Shown piece by piece: positions 60,658-64,000 of a stretch of DNA of 64,000 bases; positions within the stretch are counted from its first letter, which is position 1, and each line of letters starts with the position of its first letter. Source of the DNA: an uncultured Armatimonadetes bacterium (GTDB lineage Bacteria; Armatimonadota; Fimbriimonadia; Fimbriimonadales; Fimbriimonadaceae). The notes under the pieces are model-generated. The model was given only the letters and a program-made list of their open reading frames with translations. It was not told where the DNA came from and ran no database searches. Location of the stretch: contig CAIYMO010000032.1 in NCBI GenBank assembly GCA_903927345.1, positions 23,758-87,757 on the forward strand. The letters are read 5' to 3'. The translations under genes and the position numbers were made by a program.

Positions 60658-61852
60658 TCGGGACTGCATGGATGTCGCTTGAGAGAGCCTTGCACTCACT
60701 TCCCGTGTGCATCCAAATTCCCCGGCACCGCTGATCGCCAACGACTTCCTTGACATAGTTAAGCCGTTCCACCGACTGGGGGCCTGGCACCGATTGGTCC
60801 TGGAAGTCGATCGCAATAATCCGCCCATCCCGGGCCTCTATCAAGAACGGGATTTCTCGGTTTTTCACCGTCCGCATGTGGAATAGCTCGCATGAAGTTT
60901 CCGCCGTCTGGATCAGGCGCAAGAGTTCGTTTGCGAGAAAGGTTTCCAGCATTGCAGACCTCAAATCTCCTTCGCGAGCTAGCTGCTTGTCATCAACCTG
61001 ATTAAGGTGGCAGGCGAGGCCCGTGTCCACAAGATACGCTTTCGGCGTCCGCGCGAGCTTCACCTCAGCGTCCGCCGACCATGCCGGTACAGTTCGAACG
61101 AGAAAAAGCGCTTTCAATAGGTCAACATAGCGCGTGATCGAGGTGTGGGGCAGATTAGTCTCTCTGCTCAAATTACTGAGATTCAGCGGAGTTCCCGCTC
61201 TAGCCGCCAAAAGCCGTAGCAGTTTTGGTAGTTGCGTCAATCCATCAATGTTCGCAATGTCCCGGACATCGCGATCGAGCAAGGTGCGGATGTAGGACTG
61301 GAACCAGGCCTCACGCCGCTTCGAAACCCTCTGAACGGGTTCGGGATATCCTCCTCGTAAAATGCGCTCTTCAAGAGAGATTGATTGAGATGTCGCCTTT
61401 GGTGCATATTGCTCGCCGAAAGCCAAATCAACCCAGTTCGTCTCGCAGGCTTCCAGTTCGCTCTGGGTGAGGGGTTGAAGATCAATGACCTCCATCCGCC
61501 CAGCAAGCGAATCCGCCACCTTGGGGAGCAAAAGTACATTCGCAGACCCTGTCAGGATATAAGAGCCCGCCTCCCTGCGCTTGTCGACCATGAGCTTAAG
61601 AGGCAGGAAAAGCCCCGGTGCACGCTGAATCTCATCAATGATCAGAGGCGCTGGATGTGCATGCAGAAAGTCTGCAGGATTCTCGGTTGCGTGTGCCAAG
61701 TAGACCGGGTCGTCGAGGGTGACGTATTCGCGTCCTTCGCCAAACTTTGCGACAAGAGTCGACTTTCCACATTGCCGTGGGCCAACGACAATAACAACCG
61801 GTGTATCACTGAGCGCATCAGCGACCATCTGCTCTGCCATCCGTGGGAACAT
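60638..61852 (-). CDS. AAA family ATPase with C-terminal DUF4143 domain
   Basis: Walker A VGPRQCGKST, Walker B LIIDEIQ, and the layout typical of AAA_14 + DUF4143 proteins. Confidence 0.88.
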   Translation of the reverse strand: MFPRMAEQMVADALSDTPVVIVVGPRQCGKSTLVAKFGEGREYVTLDDPVYLAHATENPADFLHAHPAPLIIDEIQRAPGLFLPLKLMVDKRREAGSYILTGSANVLLLPKVADSLAGRMEVIDLQPLTQSELEACETNWVDLAFGEQYAPKATSQSISLEERILRGGYPEPVQRVSKRREAWFQSYIRTLLDRDVRDIANIDGLTQLPKLLRLLAARAGTPLNLSNLSRETNLPHTSITRYVDLLKALFLVRTVPAWSADAEVKLARTPKAYLVDTGLACHLNQVDDKQLAREGDLRSAMLETFLANELLRLIQTAETSCELFHMRTVKNREIPFLIEARDGRIIAIDFQDQSVPGPQSVERLNYVKEVVGDQRCRGIWMHTGSECKALSSDIHAVPISGLWS

Positions 61853-61919
61853 TTCCGTATTTTACCGGAAATAATTCCCCACAAGAAGGGGAAAATTTCT
61901 AAGTCGGTAAACTCTGAAT

Positions 61920-62684
61920 GTGACTTCCAAAGAGGCTTATGAGCTGTTTATGTCCCCAACGGCATTGCCTCCCCGAGCGCGTCGAGAGCAGGAGCTCTTA
62001 GAGCGTGGGACTCCACTAACGATCCAAGTTGATGGCCATACCGTGAAGGGGCACTCGTGGGGAGCTGGACCGACGGTACTCGTCCAGCATGGTTGGGGTT
62101 CTCGAGCCACCTCAATGTGGGCTTTTGTGAAAGCTCTTGAGCCACACTTCAGGGTCATAGCAGTTGATGCCCCCGGACATGGAGACAGCGAAGGGACACG
62201 ATCACACATGTTCCTGTTCGCCCGAACAATCGCGGAGCTGAGTCGTCTGCACGGACCCCTTCACGGAATCATCGGTCACTCAATTGGGGCAACCGCGATT
62301 CCGACGGCAATCACCTTAGGCGCTCAAGCCGAGCGGTATGTGATGATGTCGGCGCGTAATGAGCTCGAAGACCTTCTTGACAGGTTCTTCGAGATAACTC
62401 AGCTCGATAACTCGTTGATGCCCGGCGTACACCAGCATTGGGCAGATGAATTTGGCTGGGACGCGGTCATCGCGGCTACACCCAGCTCACTCGTGAAGCA
62501 ATTCCTCCAGCCCGCGCTCATCATCCACGATGAGGAGGACGAGGAGATCCGAGTGAGCGAAGCGCACACGATCCACGAAAGCTGGAAAGGCTCAGAACTC
62601 TTTGTGACGAAGGGGCTTGGTCACATCAGAATCACTCGCTCGGCAGAGGTTGCCGAGCGAGTGAGGGACTTCCTCCTAGCGTAG
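61920..62684 (+). CDS. Alpha/beta hydrolase
   Basis: Nucleophile elbow GHSIGA, HGWGS oxyanion region, and a C-terminal GLGH histidine. GTG start, with an alternative ATG at 61950. Confidence 0.8.
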   Translation: MTSKEAYELFMSPTALPPRARREQELLERGTPLTIQVDGHTVKGHSWGAGPTVLVQHGWGSRATSMWAFVKALEPHFRVIAVDAPGHGDSEGTRSHMFLFARTIAELSRLHGPLHGIIGHSIGATAIPTAITLGAQAERYVMMSARNELEDLLDRFFEITQLDNSLMPGVHQHWADEFGWDAVIAATPSSLVKQFLQPALIIHDEEDEEIRVSEAHTIHESWKGSELFVTKGLGHIRITRSAEVAERVRDFLLA

Positions 62685-64000
62685 TCGCTGGGAGTACTTG
62701 TCGCGCAGCATCGTGTGCTTGCTGGTCAGCGGCCTTGGCTGACCATTGATGAACACATAGCGCATCGTTGAGGTCACGTCGAGTGGGTCACCATCGGTGA
62801 CGATCAGGTTTGCAATCTTTCCACTCTCGATCGAACCCAGTCGATCGGAAACTCCGAACATCTCGGCGGGCCAAAGAGTCAGCGATTTGAGGGCATCCTC
62901 TCGTGATAGTCCGTAAGCGCAATGCTCGCCAACCCGTAGAGGAAGCATCATGACGTTGCCACCGTCTCCGCTTGAGAACGCAAACTTGACTCCTGCCTTT
63001 GCGAGCATCGCAGCCCTGACATAAGGCGTGTCATAAGGATCCCAGGCATTGGTTACTGAGTTCGCACCCAGCGTGCTCTTACCCGCGACCGGCATGATCA
63101 CCGGAATACCACTCTCCTTCAGGAGCGCTGCTTCTTTCCAAGCCTCAGTTGCCCCGGTTAGAACCGCTTTGAGGCGATACTTCTTCGCAAAAGCGACTGC
63201 AGATCGGATTGCGGAAGCACTCGAAGCCGAAAGTACAACCGGCTTCTGACCGAGAACGTACGGGAGCATTGCCTCGTACTTGAGGTTGAGCGGCGTCGAA
63301 GGCTCGTACCGTCGCTCACGCATGTAGGCAATCGCCTTATCGAACTGTCCTTCAACCGCTCGATCAATCTGAGTCGAAGCCGCGGTCGTGCCTTGAATCG
63401 TGCCGCCGAGATACTCGTACCACTGCTCCAACTGGTTGCGTGTAAGGTGCGCATCTCCTTGCTTGGTTGGTCCGCCGAACAGAGCCGATGAATCAATTTC
63501 ATCGCACAGGTCGAAGTCCATCTGCGAACGTCCGGCAGAGAAGTTGACGATTAGCGCGGCTTTGCGCTCTACGCCAAACTCCTCTGTCGTATATCCGTCA
63601 GTGTTGACGACCGCACCTTGACCCGAGAAGGACCCGCCACTCGGTGCGGAGAAGCAGTTCGTGACTCCGTTGAACTTAGCTGGTCCAAAGTGCGCGCTCT
63701 CGCACCACAGGTTGGTGAGAGAGTCGAGTTCCGGGTTGAAGGTTCCAAACTCGCGGTTATCGTTCATCACCGGGATCGGGCTGATTTCCAGCAACCCGAT
63801 GGTGGAGTTCGCATCAAAGAATCCAGGATAGACGTGTTGTCCCCGGGCGTTCACCACACTCGCTCCCGCCGGAACCTTCACGTTTTTGCCTACAGCAGTG
63901 ATGCGACCGTTCTCAATGACGACTGATCCGTCGGCAATATCCGTACCGCTCACGGTGTGGATCGTGGCGCCTTGGATCACGTAAGAATTGGATCGCCGAG
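62676..64000 (-). CDS. Amidohydrolase-family protein (COG1228-like) with degenerate metal-binding motif; probably continues past the right edge
   Basis: IQGATIHTVSG...IENGRITAVG...PGFFDANSTIGL...GSIESGKIANLIVTDGDPLD. The frame stays open upstream of the GTG at 63980 to base 64000, so the true N-terminus (probably a signal peptide) may lie outside the window. Confidence 0.82.
   Translation of the reverse strand, partial: RRSNSYVIQGATIHTVSGTDIADGSVVIENGRITAVGKNVKVPAGASVVNARGQHVYPGFFDANSTIGLLEISPIPVMNDNREFGTFNPELDSLTNLWCESAHFGPAKFNGVTNCFSAPSGGSFSGQGAVVNTDGYTTEEFGVERKAALIVNFSAGRSQMDFDLCDEIDSSALFGGPTKQGDAHLTRNQLEQWYEYLGGTIQGTTAASTQIDRAVEGQFDKAIAYMRERRYEPSTPLNLKYEAMLPYVLGQKPVVLSASSASAIRSAVAFAKKYRLKAVLTGATEAWKEAALLKESGIPVIMPVAGKSTLGANSVTNAWDPYDTPYVRAAMLAKAGVKFAFSSGDGGNVMMLPLRVGEHCAYGLSREDALKSLTLWPAEMFGVSDRLGSIESGKIANLIVTDGDPLDVTSTMRYVFINGQPRPLTSKHTMLRDKYSQRLR

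Noticed and set aside
1-64000. CRISPR arrays, rRNA or tRNA genes, IS elements, integrases, prophage genes, and canonical defence systems (restriction-modification, CBASS, retrons, Gabija and similar).
   Set aside because: No regularly spaced direct repeats, no transposase, integrase or reverse transcriptase motifs, and no nuclease-ATPase defence pairs were seen in any frame. Coding density leaves almost no room for unannotated RNA genes apart from 28138-28481.

Overview
Dense, operon-rich chromosomal segment from a moderately GC-rich bacterium. I call 65 protein-coding genes. I cannot recognise any rRNA, tRNA, CRISPR array, transposase, integrase or phage gene.

Content from left to right:
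- Housekeeping genes: partial LD-carboxypeptidase, hemolysin III, lipB, rnhB, yraN, argH.
- A PEP-CTERM-anchored EEP nuclease/phosphatase.
- A TolC-like protein followed by a MacB-type ATPase.
- A sugar nucleotidyltransferase, a flavodoxin-like protein and TerC.
- Glycolate oxidase glcDEF, then folE2 and prfA.
- Two tandem TPR-GGDEF cyclases.
- A translationally coupled pair of Zn-dependent alcohol dehydrogenases and an M48 peptidase.
- A small lower-GC islet with two orphan ORFs, followed by the longest intergenic region (344 nt) upstream of ftsY.
- HIT protein and M28 peptidase.
- An ArsR regulator with three tandem AHSA1/SRPBCC genes.
- A GH52 beta-xylosidase with a complete hexuronate-to-KDPG pathway and a LacI regulator.
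- An unknown secreted protein and a Tat-exported GH116-like hydrolase.
- An operon of E1 alpha/beta, SDR, VOC, a signal-less solute-binding-fold protein and a Gfo/Idh/MocA oxidoreductase.
- A four-gene ATPase-permease-ATPase-permease ABC-2 exporter and an M42 peptidase.
- A module of membrane protein, DUF1800 and DUF1501.
- DUF454, an AAA/DUF4143 ATPase, an alpha/beta hydrolase and an amidohydrolase that has lost its HxH motif.

Genome style: many 4-nt ATGA start/stop overlaps, and several convergent genes overlap at their stop codons. PEP-CTERM, the DUF1800/DUF1501 pair and a pseudopilin-like lipoprotein suggest a soil or aquatic PVC-, Acidobacteriota- or Armatimonadota-like lineage. This cannot be assigned from the sequence alone.

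I see no canonical defence, mobile or secondary-metabolite system. The best candidates for undescribed biology are:
- the E1ab-SDR-VOC-cytoplasmic SBP-Gfo operon (45995-51408);
- the repeat- and palindrome-rich ftsY upstream region with its neighbouring low-GC islet (27075-28481);
- the unknown secreted protein with the insertion-bearing GH116 next to the uronate cluster (41315-45443);
- the three-gene DUF1800/DUF1501 module (56275-59304).

All functional calls rest on motif recognition by eye. No searches were run.
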